Assembly (NCBI GenBank): GCA_012295275.1
Contig: CM022674.1
Span: 930,001 to 994,000, forward strand
Direction of reading: 5' to 3'
From: Chrysomallon squamiferum
Lineage: Eukaryota > Animalia > Mollusca
DNA length: 64,000 nucleotides
Shown here: positions 35,771 through 54,146 of the stretch, piece after piece
Numbering within the stretch: position 1 is the first letter of the stretch
Layout: the number at the start of each line of letters is the position of its first letter
Program-made: the position numbers and the translations under genes
The notes under the pieces: generated by a model
What the model saw: the letters and a program-made list of their open reading frames with translations, nothing else
Told to the model about the DNA's origin: nothing
Databases searched by the model: none

Positions 35771-37878
35771 AACACAAAAAGAAGCAACAGCCAAAAAAAA
35801 AAAAAAAAAAAAGGTTTTACCTTTCACGTTTTATTGCTATCAAAACTATTGTTATTGTTATTATTATTATTATTATTAGCGTTACGGCTCGACAGTTTCT
35901 GACGGCAATAACAGGTGTAGGGGGCGCTAGAAAACGTGTGTAATCGAAGGCGCGTTGCTTCTGGCAAGGGAGATAATAAAGTTAGTGTATATCAGTAACA
36001 CTATCCGAAATTGCATTACATTTCTACAGCGCATGAAACCAGCCACAACATAAAGAAACTTCATACAGTTCACACAGTTAGAATATTTGTATTTGTATAC
36101 AACAAAAAACTACTACTACTACTACTATGACTACTACAACGACTATTACTATTACAGCTACCACAATTACTACTACCACATAACAACTACAACAACAACA
36201 ACAACTACTACTACTACTACTACTACTAATAATAATAATAATAATAGTATTATTAATAAGGCATCTACTCCTCCTGCTATTGCCGTTATTAATATTTTAT
36301 TACTATCACCCATGATTTTCATTTTAACCCTTCTAATGGACGTTCCGTACAAATTAGTATCCTCGAAAATCTACCGTGTACCTATGTCACAAGTCTAATT
36401 TTTTTTTTAATTTCTCTCTGTTCATAATCTTGTTTCAGAAAGCTAAGATCCTCGTTTTCCCGGAAGACGGCGTATACGGGATGCTGTTCACGAGGCAGAC
36501 GATAAAACCGTACTTAGAGTACATTCCCGACCCGCGTCACGTGACCTGGAACCCGTGTCTGCAGCCGTCACGTTTCAACCGCAGCGACGTACAGCGCGTG
36601 CTCAGCTGCATGGCGAGAGAAAACCGCATCTACGTCGTGGCCAACGTCGGCGATCGCCAGCCTTGCGAAGGCGTCCACTGCCCTGCGGACGGGCAGCGTC
36701 AGTACAACACCGACGTGGTCTACGACGACGCGGGAACGCTGGTCGCCAGGTACCACAAAACGCACCTGTACGAAGAGTGGCAGTTCGACCGGCCGAACGA
36801 AACCGAGTTCGTGACCTTTGACACGCCGTTCGGGAAGTTCGGCGTGTTCACGTGCTACGACATTCTGTTCAAAGAGCCAGCGGTGGACCTGGCGAAGCGC
36901 TACAACGTGACCAACATCGTCTTCCCGACGGCTTGGATCGACGTCTTGCCGCAGTTGGCTTCCATCGGATTCCACTCGGCCTTCGCCAGAGGCATGGGCG
37001 TCAACCTCCTCGCCGCGAACCTGCACGTGCCTTCATTCCGCATGCACGGCAGCGGGATCTACACGCCACGGGGTGCTGCGGCGTTTTACTACGACCTCCG
37101 CTTCTTCTCGGGCGGTCGGCTGCTTGTCAGCGACGTTCGTGACGTGCACGGCGTAGACACACGTGATGATGACGTCGACACATCAGATCTCCGCGACAGA
37201 ACGAAATACCTGAAGACAAAACAAGCCTCGCTCGCTTCTAACGATTACAGTCCTCCACACTACAAACGATCCGCATCTTTCGAAGGCAGAAGCAGACGAC
37301 GCAAACTGCAGAGACAAATCCTGAAGTCGAGGTTGGAGGAGCGTGTCCAGCGGACTGTGAAAACAGACGTGAGAAACGAAAGATCTGCAAAGACGTACCT
37401 CCCTCGCTTGTCGTGGCAGTGTGAATAACGGATACCAGTGGAAAACGTTGACGACGGCGTCAGGCCATTTGGTCAACTGCTTCAAAAAGACGTGCTGTTC
37501 CCTCACCTACGAAATGCAGCCCGACAGAAACGTCCGCGAGCTTTACGCCTTCGGGGTCTTCGACGGCTACGACGCAGAAAGGTACACGCAAATCTGCACG
37601 CTCGTCAAGTGTCCTTCAACAGCGTGAACAGCTGCGGAAGACCCGCACTCTGGGCTGACACCAGATTTGAATATTTAAATTTGACGGGTCAATTCTCGAC
37701 CAGTTACACCTTCCCGGAGGTTCTAGTCGCTGAAAGACCTGGTGTAGGCTTGGACTCTGTGAGCTGGGTTTTTGAGAATCGTTCAATCGTCGTGAAGAAC
37801 GGAACGCGTAAACCCGTGCTTTCCGCGTCGTTACTGACACGTGTTTACTCACGTGACAGGAAAAGATATTACATTTAA
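35446..37878 (+). CDS. Vanin/pantetheinase-biotinidase-like nitrilase-family amidohydrolase; reading frame interrupted by two indels in this sequence
   Basis: Exon 1 35446-35670 (signal peptide, YRAAVFEH); exon 2 from 36439. Catalytic motifs FPEDG (Glu), YHKTHLY (Lys) and FTCYDILF (Cys), plus FPTAW and HGSGIY. The vanin C-terminal domain continues in the +1 frame (CFKKTCCSLTY..YAFGVFDG..QICTLVKC, about 37421-37615), then returns to the original frame (CG..LTGQFSTSYTFPEVL..RVYSRD; stop 37878). AATAAA at about 37885. Confidence 0.9.
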
Positions 37879-38381
37879 TATTTAAATAAAAAATAAAAAC
37901 TCACTCCCACGCGTAGGAAAGTTATTTTTTATTGTCTGTTTCAATAATATCAATGATTAACAAATTTTTTAAAAATTTGTTGACCTATAAGATCCCATAT
38001 TAGATTTTTAATATTCTTATCTGTTCATGCTGGGAATTTGTGCTTCTGTCTTTCGATATAAGGTGTATCAATGATATGAACAAATAAAAGGCAGCTTAAT
38101 ACACTGACATGAGTGTTTCATTTCTTTCCTAATAATAAAGTATAAAAATAATAAAGAGAATAATACCTGTTTGATATATATGTTTGATCACAATATGATA
38201 GTAGTTACAATTAATAAAAAGTATAAATATATTTAATAAAATAGAAAGAAAATAACTAGGTCATGTTATTTAAATTTGGTTTCTTTATTTTTTCATTCTT
38301 TTTTCTTTCTTTCTTGTTCTTGTCATATTTTCATTATCTTGTTTGATTTAAATAAAAAAGGTGAAACATTTGTAAGACAAA

Positions 38382-38438
<57 letters not shown>

Positions 38439-38557
38439 TAACAACAACAACAACAACAACAATAATAATAATAATAAAAAACGATTTTCAAATACGCTAA
38501 TATTTTATTTTATTTTAACTAGTGCAATTGTCTTATCCATTCGGCATCCAGAACACA

Positions 38558-38667
38558 TCCTTAAAAAGAAATTAATTAAAATAATAAAAAAGAAGATTTA
38601 GATCTAACAAACAACACAATAAAATCAAAGCCAAGGGACAGAGAGAGAGACAGAGAGAGAGAAAGAC

Positions 38668-38728
<61 letters not shown>

Positions 38729-38775
38729 GAGACAGAGAGAGAGAAAGACAGACAGAGATAGAGAGAGAGAAAGAC

Positions 38776-38860
<85 letters not shown>

Positions 38861-39428
38861 TGGAGAGAAATAATTTTAGAAGAGATTAAGTAAATAAGAT
38901 ATTATAACTAAATACATATATAAAAAACAAACAAAACAAATAAAAGGATAAAACGTTTCTGACTTACAAGAATTTGGTGGGTAACCACAACGACAATATC
39001 CGTCGATGCAGTGGAGGTTGTTGATGTCGGCGCAGTTGCAGTTGTGATTTTGTGCGTTGTTGTACCAGGAGTAACAAAAACTTGCTCCCTGGAATCCGCA
39101 CGTCACTAGCATAACATAAAATAACATAACATAGCATAGCATAGCATAACATAGCATAGCATAACATTACATAATGTAACATAACATAGTATAACATAAC
39201 ATAGCATAACATAACATAACATATAACATAACATAGCATAGCATAGCATAGCATAGCATAGCATAGCATAACATTACATAACATAACATAACATAACATA
39301 GCATAACATAACATAGCATATAATGACATAATATAACATAACATAGCATAACATAGCATAACATAACATAACATAATATTGCATAACATAACATAGCATA
39401 GCTTAACATTACACTGTAAAATACTATA

Positions 39429-39527
<99 letters not shown>

Positions 39528-40997
39528 AAGAAAATCTGAAAGGCAGTGACAGCATGAAAATAAGATACATTTTAAAAGAAAGGACAACGAAATAAACAAA
39601 ACAACGAATTAATCCTAATACGTTACGACATCGTACAAAGAACACATGTCTCTGAACGAAGATAAAAAACAGAACACTGCTAACGTAGCTGTCACGATTA
39701 CTCCAAATTTACCTCCAAGCTTCTCTCCGTCCAAGCAGTCTTCAATATGACACGTGCAAACATTCTCATCATCACACTCCAGACTCCCCCCCAGACTGCA
39801 CCCCGTCACAGTGCAGTCGTCCTTCGTCGTGCAGTGTTCAGAGGAACTCGCTGAAATGATTAATGCACACGCCAAGGGTCAGGGTCAGGGTCAGGGTCAG
39901 GGTCAGGGTCGTTGTTAAAGTTCAAGGCTATTTTGAAGAACCTTTTGCATGATCATGGTTCACTTGTAAACTCGTAGTTATTGTAAAAAAAAAATAAAAA
40001 ATAAAAAAAAATATAGTAATTCTTAATTCCCATGGTTATTTTAAAATTACTATTAATTACTGAAAACTGCGATATTCTGTACATGTTGTGTGGATTTCGA
40101 AGGCGATTAACGTAAATTTGTAAGATATAAGTTAATAATTAATGAAAAGAAACTTGCGAATTAAGTCAGCCATCGGATAAATCAATACGTATTTGTGCAG
40201 GAATACAGTGATGTGTGCTAAATAATTCTTTCTTTCTTTATTTATATATATATATATTTTGTTTTTGTTTGTGTTGGTGAAAGTTAGTGTATATGTGTGT
40301 TTTTGAGCGTGTGTTCAACTCATAGTATGAATGAGTATGTGTATGAGACTGTATTTGAGTGTGTGTGTGTGTGTTTGTGAATGTCAGTGTGTGTATGAGT
40401 CTATAATTGTGTATGTATATATGTATATCTGTGTGTGTGTGAGATAAGTGAGCGTGCAAGTGTGTGTATGTGTGACACTGTGTCTGTATGTGTATGTGTG
40501 TATGTGTGTGTTGAAAGTATATAATATCATATGTCTTGTCTGGTCAATAGGAGAAACACGTAATTTGAATACTTTTAAGACATCGGCATATTTATTTATT
40601 TATTTATTTATTTATTTTAGTCCTTAGGATGTTTAAATATTTTACAAGTATTAGTGGTAATAGTAGTAGTAGTAGTAGTAGTAGCAGCAGTATGTATGTA
40701 TGTATGTGTGTATATATGTGTATATGTATTTATCTAGTTATGTATTTATTTATCTAGCTATGTATTTATTCAGTTACTTATAGATTTATTTATTTTAATT
40801 TATTTACTTATAGATTTATCATTTTGTTTGTTTCTCTTACTACTTTACTTACTGCTATTTATATATCATATTATTTATTTACTCCATCATTCCTTAATAC
40901 ATTAACATAACACAAAACAAAGAAAACAAGAAACTTATGCCTAACCTGCAACCAGTGAAAGAATTACGAAGCTTATTACGCAAAATCTTCTTAACAT
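38558..40997 (-). CDS. Secreted Cys-rich serine protease inhibitor, cvSI-1/cvSI-2-like (MEROPS I84 type), 109 aa
   Basis: Exons 40997-40946, 39850-39713, 39105-38968 and 38559-38558 (split TGA), all phase 1. Protein MLRRFCVISFVILSLVAASSSEHCTTKDDCTVTGCSLGGSLECDDENVCTCHIEDCLDGEKLGVTCGFQGASFCYSWYNNAQNHNCNCADINNLHCIDGYCRCGYPPNS*. Matches the recalled cvSI pattern ExC..DC..TxC..LEC..CTC...HC[IV]DxxCRC. Confidence 0.82.
39108..39412. repeat. (ATAAC/ATAGC)n pentanucleotide tract abutting a minus-strand acceptor
   Basis: Directly visible; runs up to the AG at 39107-39106. Confidence 0.9.
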
Positions 40998-41218
40998 CGT
41001 ACGGGCCTTTTTTTTTTTATAAAAACACGCACACTCTGGGCAATAAAACAAAATGAAAAAAACAAACAGAAAAACGTGTCTGACAATCTAAAGCTTGTGA
41101 GATAAGAGAACAAATAATGCCAGATGTTTTTTTTTGGGGGGGTCACAAAAACAAATATCGTGAGAAGTAATCAGATAAAGTTAAGTAACTATCTTGTAGC
41201 TTACTTAGGTTTAAGTAT

Positions 41219-41319
<101 letters not shown>

Positions 41320-41385
41320 TGTGTGTATTAATTCATTTATAAAGATAAATGTATGTACCTTTTTCATGTATATGCATTAAACACA

Positions 41386-41473
<88 letters not shown>

Positions 41474-41573
41474 CTAATTTCGATTATAAACGTTACAAGT
41501 GAATTTTAGCTGCACACTTACACTTAACTAAGCATACGGTTATAAACACATTCAACTGCACACTAAAACTTAC

Positions 41574-41700
41574 TTGTAAATTATCTCTTGTTAAATATGT
41601 CGCTTCTGACTGCAGTCAATTCTAGGGCTTTTATCAAGACGCAGTGACGTCCCTTGCCGTCACGGGTCACTGAGCCTCCAGTTCATTCACGACGTCGCGG
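41574..41700 (-). promoter_or_regulatory. Probable promoter and non-coding first exon of the cvSI-like gene
   Basis: Minus-strand donor caa|GTAAGT at 41573-41568; TATA-like GATAAAAG at 41635-41628; CRE-like GACGTC motifs at about 41646 and 41691. Confidence 0.4.
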
Positions 41701-41797
41701 CTATAAACAAAACAAACAATACAATAAAGATATCTCCAGATAGAGAGAAATACACGCGGGGCAAGAGTCAGCGAAAGCGGACTGGGTAACATTCGGC

Positions 41798-41838
<41 letters not shown>

Positions 41839-42132
41839 GCGTCACCGCAGCAGATCGGAATTTTCGGAGAGTGGCGGGTTGATGTTTGCAGTCGATGCCA
41901 TATTGAGAAGCAAAAAGCGAGCTGCAGACAGTAGGCTGACGATATTCAGTGTCCATGACGTGACTTGGAGAAGCGACACGTCACTAGGTGAGAGTGCGAG
42001 AGAGAAACTGGGTCATTGTTGTACGAGCCGTATTGTCTGGTGTCAGGTCAGAGGTCTTAAACAAATGTAGGAAATTATTTTGTTGGGAACAGAGTGCGGA
42101 ATATTTAGACCATGTTTATATATGCATATAAT

Positions 42133-42170
<38 letters not shown>

Positions 42171-42611
42171 AATAATAATAATAATAATAGTAGTAGTAAG
42201 TAGTAGTAGTAGTAGTAGTAGTAATTTAGTAGTTATATTAGTACTAGTATTAGTACTAAGTACATGTAGTGGTAGTAATTTAACAGTGGTAACAGCTGAA
42301 ATCGTATCATCAACAGAAATGACAAAGTACTTAGTATGACAAGTACGGCCAGTGAAACTAGATCTGTACAGTTTTACGACTTGTTTATATATATTCGTAA
42401 CAACAAATGTATATCCCTGTAACAGCAGTAATGCATATCCATGCACACACCCACACGACGTATCAGAATACTGCAGAAAACATCTGCTAACAAATACTAA
42501 ACTGAAAAACATATTTCTCACCGTATCCACGTGTATCATTATATATACGTTTTCTAACTTCTCGCTCTCTTTACACAGACACACGCGAACGCGCACACAC
42601 ACGTTTAACAT

Positions 42612-42666
<55 letters not shown>

Positions 42667-43331
42667 ATACGTAAGCGTATACATTATTTGTGTGGGCTTA
42701 GTGGTTGTTTTTGTTTTTTGTTTTTTTACCTTTTTATTATTATGCATTCATATATCGTTAGTTTATGATCGTTAATATTATTTTATTTCGTATACAGACA
42801 TAAAATAAATGCCTGTGCATTTAATATCTATGCTTATATTGTCATGTGTGCGTATGTGCGTAACGGTAAGCTTTTCATGGCGGACTTTCGTGGAAAGATT
42901 AAATAATAGAATACATTGTCGTGTTGGTAATTGGTGGGGGGGGGACCTCAGCGTGTTCTTATTAGACAGGTGGTTCTAATGCAGAGGAGAGTTATTACGG
43001 CCATTTTGGGATTATGGAGTCGTGTCTAAACTGTTTATTTGTGTTGTACGGTATTCAATGCTTTCTGTCGTTTGTTTGTAAGAAAGTCGATTAACGTCGG
43101 TAATTATCGTAACGGTAGAAAGTCAGCAGGTTTTGATAATTATGAGTACAGCTGTTGTTACAAGCCCGCAGTCGAGTGTTTGTACGTCCACTGATAGACC
43201 GGTCATCTGGTGTCTGCTAGGCCACTGGTTCAATCCTCGCTTCTACTGTTAAGGGTATTTATTTTATTATGTTTTTTTTTTATTTTATATTATTTTTTAT
43301 TATTATTATTTTTTTTTTTTTTCACTGTAGG

Positions 43332-43408
<77 letters not shown>

Positions 43409-43410
<2 letters not shown>

Positions 43411-43522
43411 TTTTTTCTGTGTTTCTGCAAATAAATATAGGCATATTTGATATACATGTACATTCTAAATAATATTTATTTCCCTTTCTATACACCAGTC
43501 GAAGTACAAAAGTCCCACTGTT
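43409..43522. repeat. About 115-bp interspersed repeat attached to a (CT)n tract, copy 1
   Basis: TTTCTGCA.ATAAATATAG...TAATATTT...TATACA...GTCGAAGTACAAAA.T.CCA.TGT, shared with 48874-48995 and 56100-56222. Confidence 0.85.
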
Positions 43523-43864
43523 AGCTGTTGTTTTCTTTGATTTTATTATTGCTACTGTTTGCTTGTCAACAGCGAGTTTGCTTTGTCATTGTTAACTACG
43601 TATGAGCTCTGTTTATAAGAATGAATTAAGTAGAGGTTTCTTTTATCGTCATAAATGGCTTCTTAGCTGAACAATAGTCATATGGTGCAACTCCGGTAAA
43701 AAAATGAAATTCATGTGAGAAAATAAATTTAAAAGAAAAAAAATAATGTGTGTGAAATAAAGCAAAGTAATAAGTGAAATAAAATTAAGTCAATAAACAA
43801 ACAGATAAATAAATAAATAAATATATATATAAATAAATGAGTGAGTGAATAAAGGAATGAATAG

Positions 43865-43899
<35 letters not shown>

Positions 43900-43926
43900 A
43901 ATAAGAAATAAAAAAATAAAAAATAT

Positions 43927-43959
<33 letters not shown>

Positions 43960-44647
43960 CACTACAACAACAACTACTACTACTACTATCATCATCATCA
44001 TCGTTATTATTATTAAAAAGTCCATCATTTTTCAGTGCGTTTATCTGATATTGATTTTTATATCTCAAGTCGGGCTTTAACATTTACTATTAACATACAA
44101 GAGAATAATATTACATGCCTGACATAAAACAATGATTATTTACGATTAATTAACAAAATACAAAATACGCTGATCTGTGGTATAACAGTCAGTTAATAAA
44201 GCATGCATCATCTCATGGAAACAGATGCAGAAGTTGAACGAGGTATCGAGTAACTTGTGTGCAACAGATGTGCGTGGCAGTCAGAATCGATAGTTAATTT
44301 CCAAGATCGGCCTCACTAGCCATCGCTCCAAGTTTGACAGCATGTACTACTAATGTTTGCAGATTAAATAGATTTTTTTTTTTTTTAAAACAGAAGAAAA
44401 AAATGGTTCAGCGTTTATGTACGTATTCAGTTTTATAGTTCGTAGATTTATAGTTTCGTGTATTAGTGTTACAGATGTGTTAATGGATCGTGTAAGTGTA
44501 GTCTTCGCTTTTTATTTTTGTTTTATTTTTAATTTTTTTATCTTGCTCTTTCTCTCGCTCTCATTCATTTCTGTCTTTACTCCTTTTCTCTCTGTCTGTT
44601 TGATTGTATGTCTGTGTTATCTTTTTATCTACCTGTCTTTCAGTTCG

Positions 44648-44765
<118 letters not shown>

Positions 44766-45091
44766 ACTTCGTCTCTCTCTCTCTTTCTCTCTCTCTCTGT
44801 CTCTCTCTCTCTCGCTCTGATTCATTCTCTCTCATTCAGTCGCCTCTCGTTTTTTCATGTTTACAAAAAAATCCATATATTAACACAATGTTATCAAACT
44901 CCATCTACTGAATAACAATAGACCATGTAAATGTATATATCTGTTTGTATGTGTGTGTATATATATATATTATTTGTTTTTGTTATCACTATATAGATGA
45001 CATGGCGTTCTGCTGGTAAGGATAACAAACGGACATACTAACCTCGATCTGGAAATCTGGAAGTGTCACGTGAGACCGCTGAACGTCTGCC

Positions 45092-50059
<4,968 letters not shown>

Positions 50060-50244
50060 CCAAAGATTCCTGTAAACAGAACGCAAGAGTCGGATGCAGA
50101 CGTTAAGAAAATGGCGTCCATTTTATCAGGGAAAGACACCAGTACAGTTCACATACATTTATTAAAAACATATATATGTACAAAATAAAGTAATATAAAA
50201 TGAAATGAAACGAAATATAATAAAATGAAATAAAATAAATAAAA

Positions 50245-50291
<47 letters not shown>

Positions 50292-51575
50292 ATAGTTAAA
50301 TAAATAAATAAATAAAATAAATAAATAAATAAATAAATAAATTAAATTAATAAATAAATAAAATAATAACTAAATAAATAAAAAAATAAATAAAATAAAA
50401 TAAAAAAAAAAAAAAAAAATAAAATAAAATAAAATAAAATAAAATAAAATAAATAAATAAAACTAAATAATATTTTTTTTTTTAAATATATATATAAATA
50501 ATAATAATAATAATGATGTAAAGCTTTCTGACAAACACTGATGGTGACTCACTAACGCCTTTCATTCACATCAACCATTTTGCTTTTTTAATTTTCAATG
50601 ATATTTTTTTTAAAAGTGAATATTGTTTGAAGTCGGAACACATATATACATTTTAAAAACAAACGAATAAAAAAAATAAAAAATCATGTTTCCTCATTTT
50701 AGTTTAAATTTTTGTCAAAATATCAATTTCAAATAAAAAAAATAAATAAAAAAATGTAGCACAAACCGTGACCAATCAGAACATGAGTAGAAATCACGTG
50801 ATCTTTTTTTCACTGACTAACTTAAGTAAGATAAAATGAAATTAATACACGCTAGGTCACATTCCTCTGTAGATCTGTTGTTTTCTATTTTACAACAGGA
50901 TAAAAAAAGAAAAGAAAAAAAAGTGCATTTTTTACATCTGGTGTGTGGAACAAATAGAGGATGAAAATTGTGTGTGTGTGTGTGTGTGTGTGTGAGTGTG
51001 TGTATCAGTGTATGTGTATGTTTATGTGTGTATATTATTGTATATATGCGTGACTGTGTATATATAAACACACATACACACACATACACATATGTTTATA
51101 CAAATGAAGTGTGGATGTATGTATGTTTATGTATGTGTGTGTATATGTATTTATCAATCCATCCATCCATCTGTCTATCTATCTATCCATATGTATAATA
51201 TAATATATATAAATATATATATTTACATACACGCACATACGCACTTCATTTATATATAATATGATGTTCATTGAATTTCACTTTAATGATAATGGCACTA
51301 TAAAATAATTGGTTTAAGGATCGTATTACATGATTTATCTGAATGTTTTGAATAAATCTGAGATTTGGTAATCTCTTGCTCGGATTCGTAGAAGGTTTAC
51401 TCTTTAAGAATAACCACTATTATTTACGTCAACGTGTAATTAATTGTACAATGTCCTGAATATACCTATGTCTTTCACAGATATTAAATTTTTGTTTTTA
51501 AATGTTTGATTTAGTGGTGTGTTTTTTTTTAAACGTTTGTTTTCTGATGATGATTTATAATAATATGTGTTTTAA

Positions 51576-51747
<172 letters not shown>

Positions 51748-51748
51748 C

Positions 51749-51822
<74 letters not shown>

Positions 51823-51979
51823 GAAGAGAGAGAGAGTAAATTTTTCAGTAAGATACAAAAGAAAAAGGAAGAGAAAATAGGAGGAGTGGAATGGAGTGAA
51901 AGAATGAAGAAGAAATGATTAGATCCTGTATTTATTTGTTTATTCATTTTTGCTTACTCATTCATTCATTCAATCATTT

Positions 51980-52010
<31 letters not shown>

Positions 52011-52530
52011 TTTGTTTGTTTTTGTTTGTTTATTTCTTCGCTTGCCTATTTATTTATTTATTTATTTATTTATTTCTGGTTCGAAATTCAGTGATATTTT
52101 CAGAATGTGAATAATAAGGCTGTGTGTTGTGAAAACATGTCAACACAAAAACAACTGAAATTAAATTTATGTGATTTTCTACACCACCTTTCACTGCCGC
52201 ATACACTGATATACAGTAAAACCAGCGACACAGCTATGTAAGCAAACACATCACTATGTCTATGACAGTTCAGTTGGCCAGAAATAAGAATGAGAATCAA
52301 TAATGACGAAGTAATATTACTGTTTGTGTTTGGAGTAAGAACTCGTTAAGCGAAGTGGTGCAGTGTTAAATAAATACAAGCAAAAAATCTGTTCATTATC
52401 ATAAAAGAAAATAATAAAAAATACAAATAATGATGATGATGATGATAATAATAATATAACATAACAGTTGTATACAGTAATGTGACATTATATCACAGGC
52501 AATCAGTAATAGAAAGAGTAAAACTGCTAA

Positions 52531-52572
<42 letters not shown>

Positions 52573-53017
52573 TAGTAGTAGTAGTAGTAGCAAGTAGTAA
52601 TCGTAGTATTGTCTTACCTTATAACAGAACAAAAATAGAATCGCTATTTATGTTAACAAGGCAGGTTAAAACGTCATGCCATTATGACGTCATAAGTGTT
52701 TGCACTATGACGCTGTGTATAAATAAGCCGTCGCTACTGCTTCATGCATCCACTTTCTGCTTTTAATTATAAAATTAATCTTAATTATTAATATTCAGCT
52801 TCGTTTCGTGTTACGAACAGCAGATTACGTAAGTACGTGTTGAATCTGCATTCAGTCACGTGATCAGGACATACTGTAATTTTACTACCTGCAATAACAT
52901 TGCATGTCATTTTACCATTGTATTATATATATAAAACGTAATGTATATAATGTATATAATAGCAGTAGTAATGGTAGTAGTAGATGTAGCAAGAATAGCA
53001 AGAATAGCAGTAGCAGC

Positions 53018-53049
<32 letters not shown>

Positions 53050-53734
53050 CAATAGTAGCTTCATATTACTACATATCATTTTAAGCTTTTATTGCGTTTG
53101 TTCATGAGAAAAAGTAAATAGTTTCAAAATTTATACTTACAAAGATTACACTCCATTAACCAGTCATAGTTTTTAAAATCTAGTTGTAGTAGTAGCAGTA
53201 GCAGTAACAGCGGTAGTAGTAGCAATAGCAGTGATGATAATACTAGTAGTAGCAGTTGCAGTATAGCAGTAGTAGCTGTAATAACAGTACTAGCAGTGGT
53301 AATGGTAGTAGAAGTAATAGCAGAGTAGCAGTAGTAGTAGCAGTAGTGGTAGTAGTAATAATAATAACAATAAATATAAGAACAACAATAACATTAAAAT
53401 GCTAACAATAGGAACAAGAAGAACGGCATCAAAAGCAAGAGTAAATAAGCAGATAAGAAGATTTCGCTGTCTCAGCTTTTACCTCTGCTTAATTTTTCTG
53501 CTCAGTTTTGTTCTGCGTGGACCAGAGTTTGTTCCCATCTCCACTGATTCATTCATCTTGTCAGTCACAAAGTAAACGCCTACTGAAAATACATCGAAGT
53601 GTTACTTTTTACTTTTATAATATATATATATATTATTCTTGTACATTATATACATTTATATAAATGAAAATAAAAACGCTCAGTTTAAATTCGTGTAATA
53701 CTGAATTTCATTTATTATCATTATTATTATCGTG

Positions 53735-53785
<51 letters not shown>

Positions 53786-53967
53786 CTTTTTTATTATTAT
53801 TACTATTTTTTAAAAACGTTTAGTAAATAATGCATACACTGCATCAACTCCACACATGCTTTGATAAAACCGACGTGTTCCGCCTCCAAACACACACAAA
53901 TATTTATTTATTATTTTTTTTAACAATTTATTCATGTCGGAATTGTTTTTTTTTCCCCCTAGATCAA

Positions 53968-54146
53968 GTCTCGGAACATGCGCATTTTAGAACAATTTTT
54001 TTTAATTTTTTTTATTTTTTTTATATCCGTTTGTTTGTGACTTTGGCGTTCGTGTAACATATGTGATTTAGGACGGACGGAACTGAAGCAGATATTTTCA
54101 AAATATCAAATTTATATCAAGATTACAAAGTAGGAGCCATTTGATC
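53968..54146 (+). promoter_or_regulatory. Non-coding block conserved upstream of both Sushi-galectin paralogues (probable promoter), copy A
   Basis: TCGGA.CATGCGCATTTT ... GTTC.TGTA.CA.ATGTG ... CAGATA..T...AATATCAAATTTATAT...GATTACAAA.TAGGA, also present at about 59247-59410. Confidence 0.55.

Noticed and set aside
37395-37419. 25-nt GT-AG intron that would repair the first vanin frameshift
   Set aside because: Far below plausible intron size for this kind of genome, and it does not fix the second shift.
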